Shown here piece after piece: positions 11,635 through 24,615 of a DNA stretch of 64,000 nt. The stretch is taken from the NCBI GenBank assembly GCA_030704615.1, contig CM060734.1, positions 47,182,001-47,246,000 on the forward strand, given 5' to 3'. The position numbers were made by a program, and so were the translations under genes. How positions within the stretch are numbered: position 1 is the first letter of the stretch; every line of letters begins with the position of its first letter. This DNA comes from Takakia lepidozioides (lineage: Eukaryota > Plantae > Bryophyta). The notes beneath the pieces were generated by a model, which saw only the letters and a list, made by a program, of their open reading frames with translations, ran no database searches and was not told where the DNA came from.

Positions 11635-13150
11635 TCGTGCAAGTAAAGCAAATGATGAAGTAGAAAGACGAGGCAACATGGGAGAAGGGAAAATGGGGTC
11701 CAAGGGCTGAGAAGGTCAACTGGTCAACAATGAGGTACTGGCTCTGGAGCACTATGTTGATGATTAAAGGGAGCAGCAAATACATGTGGGGCATCGCAGC
11801 AAAGTGCATGCCAACGAGGGTCAGAATAGTGCAAGAAAGACTCCACGGATGGTGGGCAGCCAAGGGAGATGCAGTGAGGCAAGACACTCATGGCAAGGGA
11901 GCTGCCAAGACAAAACAGTTGATTAAGCTACGGAGAAAAAAGAAAGCACAAGATCAACTACGAGGAAAAGTAGCAATTCAGGCATGGGAGCTGCTGCTAA
12001 AACATGAGGAGGAAGACATACAAGGTGAAGCATCAAGGGAACCAGTAGAAGATGAGGAAGATGGAGCACACTTTCCTGTCAAAGGTTGGCATTCGAAGAA
12101 TGTAACCCAGCAATCAGAAAGTGAGGCACCCGAGGCTGGACTGCTGCAAAGAGGTACAAAGACAGGAGCTGAGAATGAGATGTTGCCGTTCGTTGAAGTT
12201 CCCCATACAAGGGCTGTTTGGCAAGCACCAGGCAAGGATGAGAGGTGAATCTGGGATAAAACCAGCAGCTGGGAGTGAGGAAAGACACAAGGAAGGGCAG
12301 CAATACCTTGTCAAATCTGAGGGTGATGGCTGGAGAAAATTAAACAAGGACTGGAAGTATGGGAGCAGCAATCGCACGAAGAAAAATCTGCCTGAGAGGC
12401 TGAAGAGTGAAAGGGAGGAAGACAGGCACCTCGCTTATGAAAGGTGGAAGGGCAGGGTAGAAAACCTGATGCCTGAAACTGATGGGAGCTCGTGGGAGAC
12501 TCTGCCAAGAAGACTCCAATCAGCTGCTGCCAACAATCGGACCAGTGAAAGATAGCCCTTGGCTGGCGCAACACCATGAAATACATGCAGCCCTGATAGC
12601 ATGGTGAGTGGGGCACCAACCGAGTTAGAAAATGAGGGAGAAGGAGGAGACTTCCCTGCCAAGAAAGTCAATGACGGGCCTGCAGTGGCATGCAAGGAAA
12701 GGGACACCGTAAGTGTTGCCAACAGATGCAAATCAGTGCTCATTCATTCAAAAGCACCACGGGAGATGAAGGAAAAGACACCTGCAGGGACGTTGAAGCA
12801 TAAAAGGGGAGAGCACTTCACTTGGGAAGAAAGTGAAGCATTGGAGAATGAGGCTGATGACTGGCAGTCTGAAAAGGAAAGGCAGTTGTGGGAAACCCTG
12901 CCAAGACAACCATATGGAGAGAATCAAGCAGGTGAGAACTGCCCTTCATTGGGGTGGTGCAAACAAGAGCAAGACCAGAAGCTGAACCACATGAGAAGAT
13001 AGTGTGTCATCACAGATGGAGACCCTGGAAAATGCTCTGCCCAGAAGATGAAGAACATTAGGCAACTAGAAACGTGGGGGGCTGAATATGCTCTGCAATC
13101 AACTTGGCTTGTTGAATGCTTGCATAAGAGATGAGGGGTTGCTGTCAGTA
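11635..13150 (-). mobile_element. Highly degenerate Ty1/Copia RT-RNaseH remnant
   Basis: Remnant motifs APAKGYLSLVRLLAAADW (cf. PVAK..SIRLL.A...W), CLVLAKQPLYG (cf. CKL.K.LYG) and IVDQLT..ALG (cf. DQLAD..TKAL). Confidence 0.45.
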
Positions 13151-13458
13151 CACGACATTGAGTTCATCAAATCCTACAACAGCCCACCATTGCTGCCCAC
13201 TGCTTACAAACTGCCACAAAAATAGTTTCACAGGACTTACTTTCTGATTCCCCTGATCTCTCCAAGAACCTTGTGATCATCAGGAAGAATACCAAATCAT
13301 GGTACAAAGGGGAGCCAAGAGCCCACATTTGCACATAATGCGCGCTTGACGCCATAAACGCTTGCAACAATAGGACATGGGCCTCGATTTGGTCTTCGTC
13401 CTTCTCGCATCACTTGCTCGTCTCTCTCCCAAGCCTCCATCCCTCTCCCAACACTTAG

Positions 13459-14170
13459 TGTCGCGCACCTCACTTCGGTAAGCTCCCCCCCCCTCAAGTC
13501 ATAGTTACTCGCTTGATGCGCGCGCCTAACTCCCAACTTGGCCGCCGGGCCAACTTGGAGCTCCGGCTGCTCACCGGGGCATAACGGTCACCCTTTGATC
13601 TCCCAAAGAACCCTCCAACGGTTTGGAACCAGCGGAATTCCCTTTGGTAGTTGGCAGTCCGGAACCGCTCCCCACTCTTTGGTCGCTTTCCGGCTCGCTC
13701 GCTTACTCACTAGTTTTGGTCACCAACGGGCCTTGCACCGTTCTCGGGGTTACTACTCCCTATATATACTTCTGTAGCTGTCCGCGGGGGTTTCACAAAC
13801 AACCATGCCATTTTATGGCGAACCACCACGAACACCCTCGACTCCGGTGATGAGTCGCGGTGAGTCTTGGCCCACCCACCACGGCCCTATGGACCATGAT
13901 GAGTCCCAAGACTCCCCACGACTCCCACCACGAGGTCTCCGCCCCAGGGTGAGTCCTATGCCACCCCCACTAAGTCCCGCTAAGCTACCACCACCCTTGT
14001 GGAGCCACCCCCACCGCAACCCGGTGTGCGGGGCTCCACCTAGTGAGCGCCTCCGCCCCTTGAGTGCCTTGGGCACTCAAGGGTGCTTCAGCCCCCCATA
14101 CTATCGCTGCCACTGCCCCCACCACAGGGGCAGCCCCTCATGTGTCCCGACCCCCTGCCTCAAGGCAAAG
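13459..14170 (-). repeat. LTR copy A (outermost 3' LTR, lacks ~10 bp at the junction)
   Basis: Starts TGTCGCGCACC; highly similar to 20370-21084. Confidence 0.9.
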
Positions 14171-14889
14171 TGTCGCGCACCTCACTTCGGTAAGCTCCCC
14201 CTTCAAGTCATAGATACTCGCTTTGATGCGCGCGCCTGACTCCCAACCTGGCCGCCGGGCCAACTTGGAGCTTCGGCTGCTCACCGAGACATAAGGTCCC
14301 CTTCGCTCTCCCACTAAACCCTCCACTATTTGGGCCTAGTGGAATTCCCTTTGGTAGATGGCAGTCCGGAACAGTTCCCCACTCTTTGTCGCTTTCCGGC
14401 TCGCTCGCTTACTCACTAGTTTTTGGTCACCAACGGGCTTGCACCATCGGGGTCACTACTCCCCTTATGTATCTTCTGTTGCTGTCCGCGGGGGTTTCAC
14501 AACCAGCCATGCCATTTTATGGCGAACCAACCAACGAAAACCCTCGACTCCCGGTGTGAGTCGCGGTGAGTCTTTGGCCCACTCACCACGGCCCCTATGG
14601 ACCGTGATGAGTCCCAAGACTTCCCACGACTCCCACCACAGAGGTCTCGCCCCCATGGTGAGTCCTATGCCACCCCCACTAAGTCCCGCTAAGCTACCAC
14701 CACCCCTTGTGGAGCCACCCCACCGCAACCCGGTGTGCGGGGCTCCACCTAGTGAGCGCCTCCGCCTCCTGAGTGCCTTGGGCACTCAAGGGTGCTTCAG
14801 CCCCCCATACCTATCGCTGTCGCTGCCCCCACCACAGGGGCAGCCCCTCATGTGTCACAACCCTGCCCTCAAGGCAAAGGGCCGCGATA
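14171..14889 (-). repeat. LTR copy B (more diverged, adjacent to PPT)
   Basis: TGTCGCGCACC...GGCCGCGATA. Confidence 0.9.
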
Positions 14890-15792
14890 CACACCCCTAC
14901 CAATAGGGAGTCGATGTCCTCATGGACTTGTCCATTTTGTAGAAACGAACATCCAAAGTTGTGGCGTCCCACATCAAGAGTTGTTCCGCACCATGGCGTC
15001 CCATGGCAAAAACCCCAACCCACACTTGACTCTACTCTCCACTAGCTAGTTCGGCCGACTTTCTTCAAGTCCCGGCCAAGGGTGGAGCCTCTCCAGCTCC
15101 TCCCAGTGCACTCTTTCTTGGCCTACTTCAAGGCCAAGGAGCGATCCTCCCCGAGGATCGAATCGCCTTACTGCAACAACATTGCTTGCGACCGCTCATG
15201 ATGCCGCTTTTGGCATCACCTTGAGCAAGGGTTCACCTGGAACCCTCTTTGACTAGGAAGATAACCTTGAACCAAACCGTGCGCCCCAATCACTACAATT
15301 GGGTCCGCCCTTGGAATGCTGGCCTGAGGTACGGGAACACGCCGACGAAGCCACACTACGACTTCGTCCCGAGGCTACACGATTATACGTGAACGGAAGC
15401 ACGTGGCGTCCGGTTAGCCCGCACTACAAGGAAACCCCTCGGTAGCGCAGTTATAGTACGGCGCAGCGCCAGGTGCGCACGTAGCACGTGAACTCCCAAA
15501 GAAGGCGCAAGTTTCCTTGCCCCTTGGATGGGGTCACCCGATTTCGGCACTACGCAAACACACGATTAACCCAATTTACCTCTCCCACTTTTATAAGCTA
15601 GCATGCATTCTACACACTAGCCAACCATACCATGCATCACCATTCCAAACAAAATAGGACGCACAACATTTGGAATCCATTTCATTTATAGCACGTTTTG
15701 TACAATACAAGTTTTTGCAATCGGATTCCTAAGCTAGCTAAGCCGGGCTAAGCATGCATTTCCTCCCCCACGCTCCAAGGTTGATGTCCCCA

Positions 15793-18700
15793 TCAACGCT
15801 TCTTCCGCTTTTGAGGTCGCCCTTCGAAAACTGCAACCGCCTCGGATGCGTTTCCCATTTCTGAGGCACGCACCCAAGATGCCTCCACATGATGATAGCC
15901 CTTCCATTTGACGAGATACTCCGTTTCTCGGTTCTTGAACCTCCTCGACTTAAGTACTGCCTCCACCTCGTACTCAGGTTCATTTTCATGATCCAACAGC
16001 ACAGGTGGCGGACGCAACACTTGATGCCGATTCGGACGCGCTTCATCTTTGAAGTAAGGCTTCAAAAGGAGACATGGAATACTGGATGCACCTTGCTGTT
16101 TGCCGGCAGCTCCAATTCATACACATCCTCATTCATAACCTTCCGATGCGAAAGGGTCCCGCATACGGAGGTACGAACTTTGGACTCACTTCCGGAGGTA
16201 GTCGGAAATTCTTGATGTTCAACCAGACCTCCGTGCCTGCCTCAAACTTCACTTCCCTCCGCTTCGATTCGCCTGCCTTTCATACCGTTTCCTAGCTTTG
16301 GCAATGTTGTACTTTGCGAGCTTCAACAAACGCTCGCGTTCTTCCAGTACCGCCGCTACTGCCGGTTCCTCAACGTCCTGGCGGCCCAACTTGTCGGCAC
16401 CAGAGGTGCTTTTCCATAGACCAATACGAAAGGGGAAACTCCCGTTGCGGAGTGTTCTGTGTTATTATAACAGAACTCTGCCGCGTCTAAGTGTTCCACC
16501 CAGTCTGTTTGGTCTGCCGACACGTAATTCCGCAAGATCTGCTTCACTACGGAATTCACTCTTTCTGTTTGGCCGTCGGTCGTAGGTCGGAAGGCGGTGC
16601 TCATGCCTCGTCCCATCTTCTTCCAAAGTGCCCTCCAAAATTTACTCGTAAACTTTGGATCGCGGTCCGAGACAATATCCTTCGGGACTCCATGATGCTT
16701 TAAGACGTGGGCGAAGTAAAGTCGCCCTGTCTCCTGCGCCGTTGCCGTCTCCTTGGTGGGGATGAAATGGCCCATTTTACTGAACCTATCCACCACCACC
16801 ATGATTGCATCGAATCCTTTTGACAGCGGCATAGCAGTCATGAAATCCATCGAGACGCTTTCCCAAGTCCCCTCTGGAATCGGCAAGGGTTGTAACAGCC
16901 CCGCTTGCTTTTTGTACTCGCTCCGGTTTTGTTGGCATGTGGTGCATGTCTTGACATACTCCTCTGCCTCCTCCCTCAGTTTGGGGCCAGAAATACTCTT
17001 TCTTCAAGAGTGCCGCAGTGCGCTTGGCTCCGCCGTGGCCCGCAAGCGGGCTATCATGGCATTCTCTCAAGAGGCTATCTCTGATCCCTCCCTTCGGCAC
17101 GTAGAGACGCTTTTGCTTATACCGGAGCAGTCCATTTTTGCAAGTGGAACTGCGATTTAACCCCCATCCTCAAGTCCTGCATCACGGACTTCGCCAGCTC
17201 ATCCTTCCGGCAAGCCTTCCGGATCTTCCTTTGGAGCGCCGTCTCGCCCTTGTACACCAACAAGCTGCTGCTTTCTACTTAAAGCATCGGCCACCACGTT
17301 GTCTCGTCCCGGTTTGTACTGGATATCCACGTCGAACACCGCCAAAGTATCTTGCCACCTAAGTTGTTTTGGGGACAACTTGGGCTGCGTGGCAAAATAC
17401 TTCACCGTGACATTGTCCGTGAACACCTTCACTGGGTTGGAACCAACATAGTGGCGCCAAAGCTCAAGACAGTGCACCACCGCCTTCATCTCTTTCTCGT
17501 GCGTCGGCCACCGTCGCTCCACTTCATTCAGTTTCTTACTTTCGTAAGCCACTGGACGTCCATCTTGCATCAGTACACCCCCAATCGCGAAGTCCGACGC
17601 ATCTGTATGAATCTCGAACGGACGATCGAACTCCGGGATTTTCAAGACTGGAGCTTCCGCCATCCGCTGCTTCAATTCAGCAAAAGCTTGGCCACAAAAG
17701 GTGTTCCATGCCCAGACTTTGGATTTACACAGAAGGTCTGACAGCGGCCCCGCGATCTTGGCGAAATTTCTCACATACTTCCGGTAATAGGAGGCGAGTC
17801 CTAGGAAGGATCGCACTCCCGGACCGAAGTCGGAGGCTCCCAGTCCAAGATTGCCCTCACCTTTCTGTCATCCATTTGATCCCATCCTGTGTAATCACAT
17901 GCCCCAGAACTCCACTTTGTGACCCCCGAATTCGCACTTTGAAGCTTTGGCATACAGCTTCCCTTCCCAATTTTGGAACACCCTTTTGAGGTGCTCCAGG
18001 TGCTCCTCCTTTGTTTTCGAGTACACCAAGATGTCGTCGATGTACACGATCACAAAGTCATCCAACCACTCCTGAAAAGGCTGTTCATCAGCGTGCTAAA
18101 GGTCGCGGGTTTGGTGAGCCAAAAGGCATCACCAAGAACTCATATGAACCATACCTTGTCCTGCACGCGGTCTTCTCCTCATCTCCTTCCGCCACCGAAT
18201 TTGATGATAGCCGGAGCGCAGATCGATCCGGCTGAAATACTTCGCTCCTGCCAACCGATCGAAAAGGTCGTCGATCCTTGGCAAAGGGTACCGGTTTTTT
18301 GATAGTCACCTTATTCAAGCCCTGTAATCGACACACATCCGCAGCGTCCCATCCTTCTTGTCTGCGAATAGCACCGGGGCTCCGTAAGGTGACTTACTCG
18401 GCCGGATGTACCCCTTTGACATTAGATCTTTGAGCTGAGTCTTCAGCTCGACCAACTCTCTGTGGCTCAACCGGTAGGGCGCCTTGGCAGGCGGTTCCGA
18501 TCCCGGTATCACCTCAATCTTGTGGTCAACTCCTCTTCGCGGTGGCAAGCCGCTTGGTAAATCCTCCGGCATCACATCCTGGTATTTCTCCAAAATCCCC
18601 TTGATCCAATCTGGGCTCGGCTCCCCATCGCCTTCTCCCTTCACTTCTCTAATGTAAGCAAAAACTGGGGCTCGTGTGCCTCCTCCACGGCCCACTCCCT

Positions 18701-20315
18701 TGCTGACAGAAGGTTTATTCGCCCTCCCACGGGTTTGGGCGTTCCGACACTCGTAAGACCTCGCCACCATTCCCACATGGCAGCGTGACTACTCTCTTGC
18801 GGCCATCTATGACCGCTCCGGATTTGCTCAAAAAGGTCATCCCCAAAATGAGATCCACTCCATCGATCTCGCAGATGGTGAAGTTCTCACGTCCCTCCCA
18901 CTCCCCAGTTGAAGAGGAACATCAAACGCCAACCTTGTCGCCAATTGCGGTTCTCCTTTGGCAGAACGCACCTCAATAGAGGCCCCCACGTCACTTGTCG
19001 GGAGTCCCAGCTTTTGTGCCGTTGCCGGTGTCATGAAGGAGTGCGACGCTCCTGTGTCCACCAACAACGACACGTTAGTTCCGGATATTATCCCATCCAC
19101 GAACAATAACTGACTCCCTTTACGTAAGGCGCCAGTTTCCTGATACAACTCACAAGAAAATTTTGCCTACCTTGCAAGTCCTGGCGACCACCGCTTCCAC
19201 CAAGCGACTGATGGTATCTTCCGACAGCTCTGGGTCGCCCGAGTCATGTTCAATTGCCGGGGCTTCGTGCACTTCTTGGCCATGTGCCCGGGCTCCCCGC
19301 AATTGAAACACACTCCATCAAAGGTCGCCTTCTGTCCGCCATAAGCCGCTCCACCCGCTTTTCCTTTCGAAGCACCGGGTGCCGCCTTGACTTGTGAAGG
19401 CCCTCCCTTCGATTTCCACGTGCCATTGTCGCCGCGTGGCCTATCCCACTTCTTTTCCGGTCGGAAGGAGTCACCTTCCCGCCGGGTCTTCTTGTGGTTC
19501 AGCTCCGTACGGCCTTGTCTTTCACCCTAGGGACATCTGAGAAACATTCAGCCCTCTCAATTGCCTCGTTCAAAGTCTTAGGTGGCTTCTCCTCCAACTT
19601 CCGCCTGGCCCATGGGGCCAGTCCCGCCACAAAGTTGAAGACCATTTCTGGTTCTGCCATGTCCGCGACTTCGAGCAACAGCACATTGAAAGCCTGGACA
19701 TATCCCCGAATGTCATCTGTTTGCTTCAAATTCCTCATCTTGTCCCGGGCGAGCCAGGACGCGTTGAGGGGCACAAATTGCCTCTTCATCAATTCCTTGA
19801 ACCCACTCCAGTTCAAGGTTTCCGGGCTTGGACCTCGGTCGTGAAGGCGTTTCTGCCACCATTGTTGAGCATAGCCCCTCAAATAGGTGGGAGCCACTTC
19901 CACCCGATCCTCGTCACTCAACTTGGCCGCCCGGAAGTACTGCTCTAGCTCCAAGAGCCAGGTGTTGAGTGCCTTCCGATTCGGACGCCCTCGAAGGTGC
20001 CGGGTTCCTTAGGCTTCACCTTAAACTTTGCCTTAGTGGAAGTGGCATTAGCCGCCTTCAACACGTCTTTCAACGTCCCGCCAAATTGCGCCAACAACCC
20101 TTCCCAAAAGGCTGCCGGCATGGGAGGCATCTGGAGTCTCGGATTCCTCAGGCTCCGACTCCTCAGATTCCTCCCGCTCTTGAGCGGCCTCGTTTTCGGA
20201 AACATGCATCGCTTCCTCAAACGGCCGCCTCGGTGACACGTCGCCCCCATCGGGCTCACCAGGATCATCATCTTTTGGGCCGTTCCGCTTTCGCTTTGGC
20301 TTGCCCGACCCCATG
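15793..20315 (-). pseudogene. Chromovirus gag-pol, frameshifted
   Basis: gag (LEQYF...AQQWW), CCHC knuckle CFNCGEPGHMAKKC, PR LLVDTGASHSF, RT LRMCVDYRA and YIDD, RNaseH TDASDFAIG, INT SMDF...DRD...GQTER, chromodomain EYEVEAVL..EYLVKWKGY. Confidence 0.92.
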
Positions 20316-20369
20316 ATGAGGCCAATCCCAAGGACGATCGCGTACTGAACTCTAAGCTCTGATACCAAG

Positions 20370-21084
20370 TGTCGCGCACCTCACTTCGGTAAGCTCCCCC
20401 TCAAGTCATAGTTACTCGCTTTGATGCGCGCGCCTGACTCCCAACCTGGCCGCCGGGCCAACTTGGAGCTTCGGCTGCTCACCGGGGCATAACGGTCCCC
20501 TTTGATCTCCCAAAGAACCCTCCACTTTGGAACCAGCGGAATTCCCTTTGGTAGTTGGCAGTCCGGAACAGCTCCCCACTCTTTGGTCGCTTTCCGGCTC
20601 GCTCGCTTACTCACTAGTTTTTGGTCACCAACGGGCTTGCACCGTTCTCGGGGTTACTACTCCCTATATATACTTCTGTAGCTGTCCGCGGGGGTTTCAC
20701 AAACAGCCATGCCATTTTATGGCGAACCACCACGAAACCCTCGACTCCCGGTGATGAGTCGCGGTGAGTCTTGGCCCACCACCACGGCCCCTATGGACCG
20801 TGATGAGTCCCAAGACTCCCCACGACTCCCACCACGAGGTCTCCGCCCCCCAGGGTGAGTCCTATGCCACCCCCACTAAGTCCCGCTAAGCTACCACCAC
20901 CCCTTGTGGAGCCACCCCACCGCCGCACCCGGTGTGCGGGGCTCCACCTAGTGAGCGCCTCCGCCTCCTTGAGTGCCTTGGGCACTCAAGGGTGCTTCAG
21001 CCCCCCATACCTATCGCTGCCACTGCCCCCACCACAGGGGCAGCCCCTCCCGACCCCCTGTCCTCAAGGCAAAGGGCCGCGACA
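20370..21084 (-). repeat. 5' LTR of the chromovirus
   Basis: TG...CA, adjacent to the PBS. Confidence 0.95.
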
Positions 21085-21524
21085 CTTAGACAAATTCAGG
21101 CAAAAGACAAAGTTACTCTTCCACCCTTAGATCATTTTACATCCGACGATTAGAACAATCTCTACGAGCCACACAAGCCCTAAAATACATTAAAATATTC
21201 CTCGTCATGAGCCATGTGGGGCACTTATAAAAATTCCATTTTTGAATAGGGTGTGCAATGAATGCATAGTTGTTAAGAGTCGTTCTGTAGTGCTTAAAAC
21301 CACTTGTAATTGCTGTTTTTAAAAAAAAAAAACAATTTACGTAATTGAATTAAATCGCCGCGCATATTGCGCCGACTGCGGAGTCATTGATGCAACTTCT
21401 ATCCGCCATTAGAAATACGAATTTATCCGTTACGACTGTGCAGTAGTAACAAACATCTCAAAGTTGTTCCCTCAGTGGTTTTGGACATGCAGTCGATTCG
21501 GAAAAGACACGAATGCTTCTAGTG
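21085..21524 (-). mobile_element. CACTA terminal region (CACTAGAAG) truncating the DNMT domain
   Basis: ttctagtg end at 21524; reverse-complement homolog of 39786-40150. Confidence 0.7.
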
Positions 21525-22404
21525 CAGTGGTGAAACCCATCGCCCGCTCACGCTCGTCAGCATTAGGCCCCACTAGCTGTTGCAACTGAGCATCCCCCAG
21601 GAGGCCAGGTCCACTATCCCGGAAAGCATGCGATCTTGGGAAGCTGAGCAGTGTAGGTAGTGCTGCTCGTGGTTGACACACCTTGTTGACCACTGCCAAA
21701 GGCAAATGGTCATCGTGTCTCACATGCTGAGATTGCCTCCCTATGTCCAAAATGCTATCCAACTGTGAGGTGTGCTGGCCACTGCACCCCATCAAATGCA
21801 CGCTTGAGCAGTGCGGGTGACATTAAGTTAGTCTACCATAGCCGTGGACGATGAGCCCGTGACTCCACTACACCTGCATCCAGCAACACTGCTGACCCAA
21901 ACCACGACCGGACTTGATGCTTTCTGGCCATCACCCTGGCCCGAGAATCGCCCATCAGTAGCACATTCTCCAAGATATATGCTGGAGATACAGCTTGATG
22001 TAGCTGTAAGTGGCGCAAAACCTGCACCATCTCCCAAAACAGACCCGACCTCGAGTCCCGCAATCCATTGTCATGTCCGGCTGATGAATGCCCTTGGCAA
22101 GTCCAACCTGCCACTACCAAATGAATGAAGCCAGCCCGCTCCAAATGGACTGCGCCCCCAGCAACAAAATGTCTGCTGGCAAGGCCTGCTGATATTCACG
22201 AACTGCAGACACCGGCAACAACTCAGGGTACTGCTGCACCAACTGAGCAACATGACAAAGTGAGACGCGTTGTGCAGTCTCATCCTTCTCCACATACAAG
22301 TATCTCTGAACCCGTAAACCTGCCCGTAGCACAACAGCCAATCCGGTGCCGATCCTGCCAAACAAGTCTAGAAGGCAAATGCCTTCATCCGGATACTGCC
22401 ACAC
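21525..22404 (-). pseudogene. C5 cytosine DNA methyltransferase catalytic domain (DNMT3/DRM-like), TE-encoded
   Basis: Motif I LDLFGRIGTG, II YVEKD, III ADI, IV VAGWTCQG, V DSRSGLFWE, VI YILENV, VII LLDA, VIII AHRPRLW*TN, IX ERERAMGF, in canonical order. Confidence 0.88.
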
Positions 22405-22824
22405 AATCCAATGGAGACAACTGAGGTGGTCCTAGTGCAATCCCCGCACTCTCCTCCTCTCCTGACGGTACAAAGGCCTCTACCCAGGCTTGTTGCACCC
22501 GTCGATTAGCAACCCGCTACAAATCATTGCTCGTGCCCCACAATGGAGTCTGAGCAACCATGGCAGGCAACTCCGCCATACCATACATGTCATCATGCTC
22601 TACTAGAGACGACACATCCTCTGAATGAGCATTGCCCTCTAGCAACTCTCCAGGCCAAGTCACTGTAGTTGTGAAGGCTGCTAGTGTCGGCATCCTGCCT
22701 CGCTGGGCAACCACAACTCCTTCTATAAACGTCACGGGGAGCTGCACACGCCTGCACATGTCGGCCCTCCCCTGACTGTCATCCAGGCCTATAGGAAGCT
22801 GCATCCTCCCAAAAATCCAGCGTG

Positions 22825-23993
22825 CACTACAACAATGGGCGAGGGGGGGGGGGGGGGGGGGTTGTTACGCCAGCCGCGCCCCCACGCCCCGCGCGGTGTT
22901 GAGCCTGCGACGCCGAGCCGCGGCACTTTTTTGACGCCCCGACGTCGCAATCCCCCGCTGCGACACAATTACGACGCCCAGCCGTCGTAAGGTGGCATGA
23001 AGGGGGAAAGAGGGCCCTCGCTGTGACGGATTTTTTTTTCTTGCGACGCCCCGACGTCGGAAATCCATATATATATATATATATTTATTTATTTATTTAT
23101 TTTTGACGTTACGACGCCTCGGCGTCGCGAAAGCATCACTAAGGGCACCCCAACGCCTCTGCGACGTCAGGGCGTCACAACAGCATCACCACAGTGGGAT
23201 TTTTTTAGTTATTTATTATTTGGGTTTTGCGGCCCTCAACTTCACAAAAGCGTCGCTGGGGGCCCCCGCAATGCGACGCCCAACGTTGCGACGCCAGGGG
23301 TTGCAACGGCGTCACCACAGGGGGTCGCAATGGTGTTGTGGTCAGCTTAGGTCATCACAAGGACGTCGCTTGGGATGCCTAACGGTGGGGGGGTGCAACA
23401 ACGGCGACGACGCTGGGGCTGGGGCTGGGCTGGGCACTAAGGCTGTGGAGTTGCAACTCCCCGACGTCATAAGAGAGACCCCCTTAGAAGGAACTTGAAG
23501 GAACTTGAAGGAAATCTTTATATGTATATATATATATATATACATATATTGCTTTTGTGATACATAGATGTAGCGTAGGTGTGTTGGTTAGTTTGTAGTG
23601 TCTTAGAAATGTTATAATGTGGAGGTCTTAGGTTCAAGTATACATTGCATGATATATGTAGAACAATGAACATATCGCCATTAGACAGTACCGGAGTCAA
23701 TGGTCAACAAGTTTTTGAAATTCAAATTTCAAATACAAATTTTCCCGCCTAAATTCAAATGTACCCCCTTAAATTGTGACGTCCGGGCGTCGCACTTTGC
23801 GAGCTCCGGACGGTGCTAATTCTGCAATGCAGAGTTTTTTTTTTTTGGTTTTTTTTTTTTTTTTTTTTGTCCGACGCCCGGGCGTCGCAAATGGCGGTTT
23901 CGCCTATTTGCGACTCCCATTGGTCGTAAATTTGCGACGTTTTTTTGGCGACGGGATTGCGAACTTGGGCGTCGCAAATTTGGTTCTGTAGTG
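22825..23993 (+). mobile_element. Complete non-autonomous CACTA element (1169 bp)
   Basis: CACTACA...TGTAGTG termini, 3-bp TSD GTG on both sides, many GCGACGCC/GGCGTCGC subterminal repeats. Confidence 0.93.
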
Positions 23994-23996
23994 GTG

Positions 23997-24306
23997 AAGC
24001 CCATGGGATACAACACTGCCCCACCAACCAGGACATCGTACGAGACCGCGTCTGTCACAATGGCCTTGGTTCTCATCACTGAGCCATCTGTAGGGTGATC
24101 CGCCTGTAGTCTGATAGCCAACTCACGCCGTGTCATGCCCCGAGCCTGCTCTGATCCTCCCAGAAATGTCTGTATCTGGAAAGGGCAAGGCTCCATGTCC
24201 GCCTCCGTGAGGCCCAAACCTGCAATAGTAGCTCTGCCCAGCATTAGTGGTTGAGCTCCCGAATCCAACAGGACCCGCATGGCCGGTACCTCTTGCCTGC
24301 CAATCC
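23997..24306 (-). pseudogene. Retropepsin (aspartic protease) of the DNMT-Gypsy
   Basis: RVLLDSGAQPLMLG ... YDVLVGGAVLYPMGFT. Confidence 0.85.
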
Positions 24307-24615
24307 ACATTGAGCTGCTTGAATACTGTGATATTGTGGAAGACCCACCGACCGCTGAAGTGAGAGGAATTGATGAAGAAGACGATGCACATATAGCTCC
24401 TCCAAGCATAAAGCAAGCTTCCATAGCTCCCACATTGTTGACATTGGTGTCATGAATAACATCTCTCTCCAGATCTTCAAAGATATTGGGCTCCATACGT
24501 TACAAATGGCTGGATATATACACTCCCTGAATTAAATTAATCCCAATCCAACCCAATTCATGCTTAAACATTCATACAATGCAAATTTGTAATATAATTA
24601 TACCAATGTGAGAGC

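Larger units (their letters stand above)
13459..21084 (-). mobile_element. Ty3/Gypsy chromovirus with three LTRs
   Basis: TG...CA ends; 5-bp TSD CTTAG (13454-13458 and 21085-21089); PBS TGGTATCAGAGC (tRNA-iMet, 20356-20367); PPT at 14890-14901; gag-PR-RT-RH-INT-chromodomain. Confidence 0.95.

Noticed and set aside
11730-13002. Long plus-strand ORFs (172, 144, 133 aa)
   Set aside because: Antisense to a degenerate Copia-like remnant; no recognisable domains
13538-15049. Proline-rich ORFs
   Set aside because: They lie within GC-rich LTR repeats
15793-20315. Programmed frameshifting in chromovirus pol
   Set aside because: Numerous scattered indels within conserved domains indicate decay or sequencing error
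21525-22404. Host DRM/DNMT3 gene or bacterial contaminant methylase
   Set aside because: Intronless, contiguous with retroviral-type protease and gag, embedded among plant TEs; motif order is not permuted as in DRM
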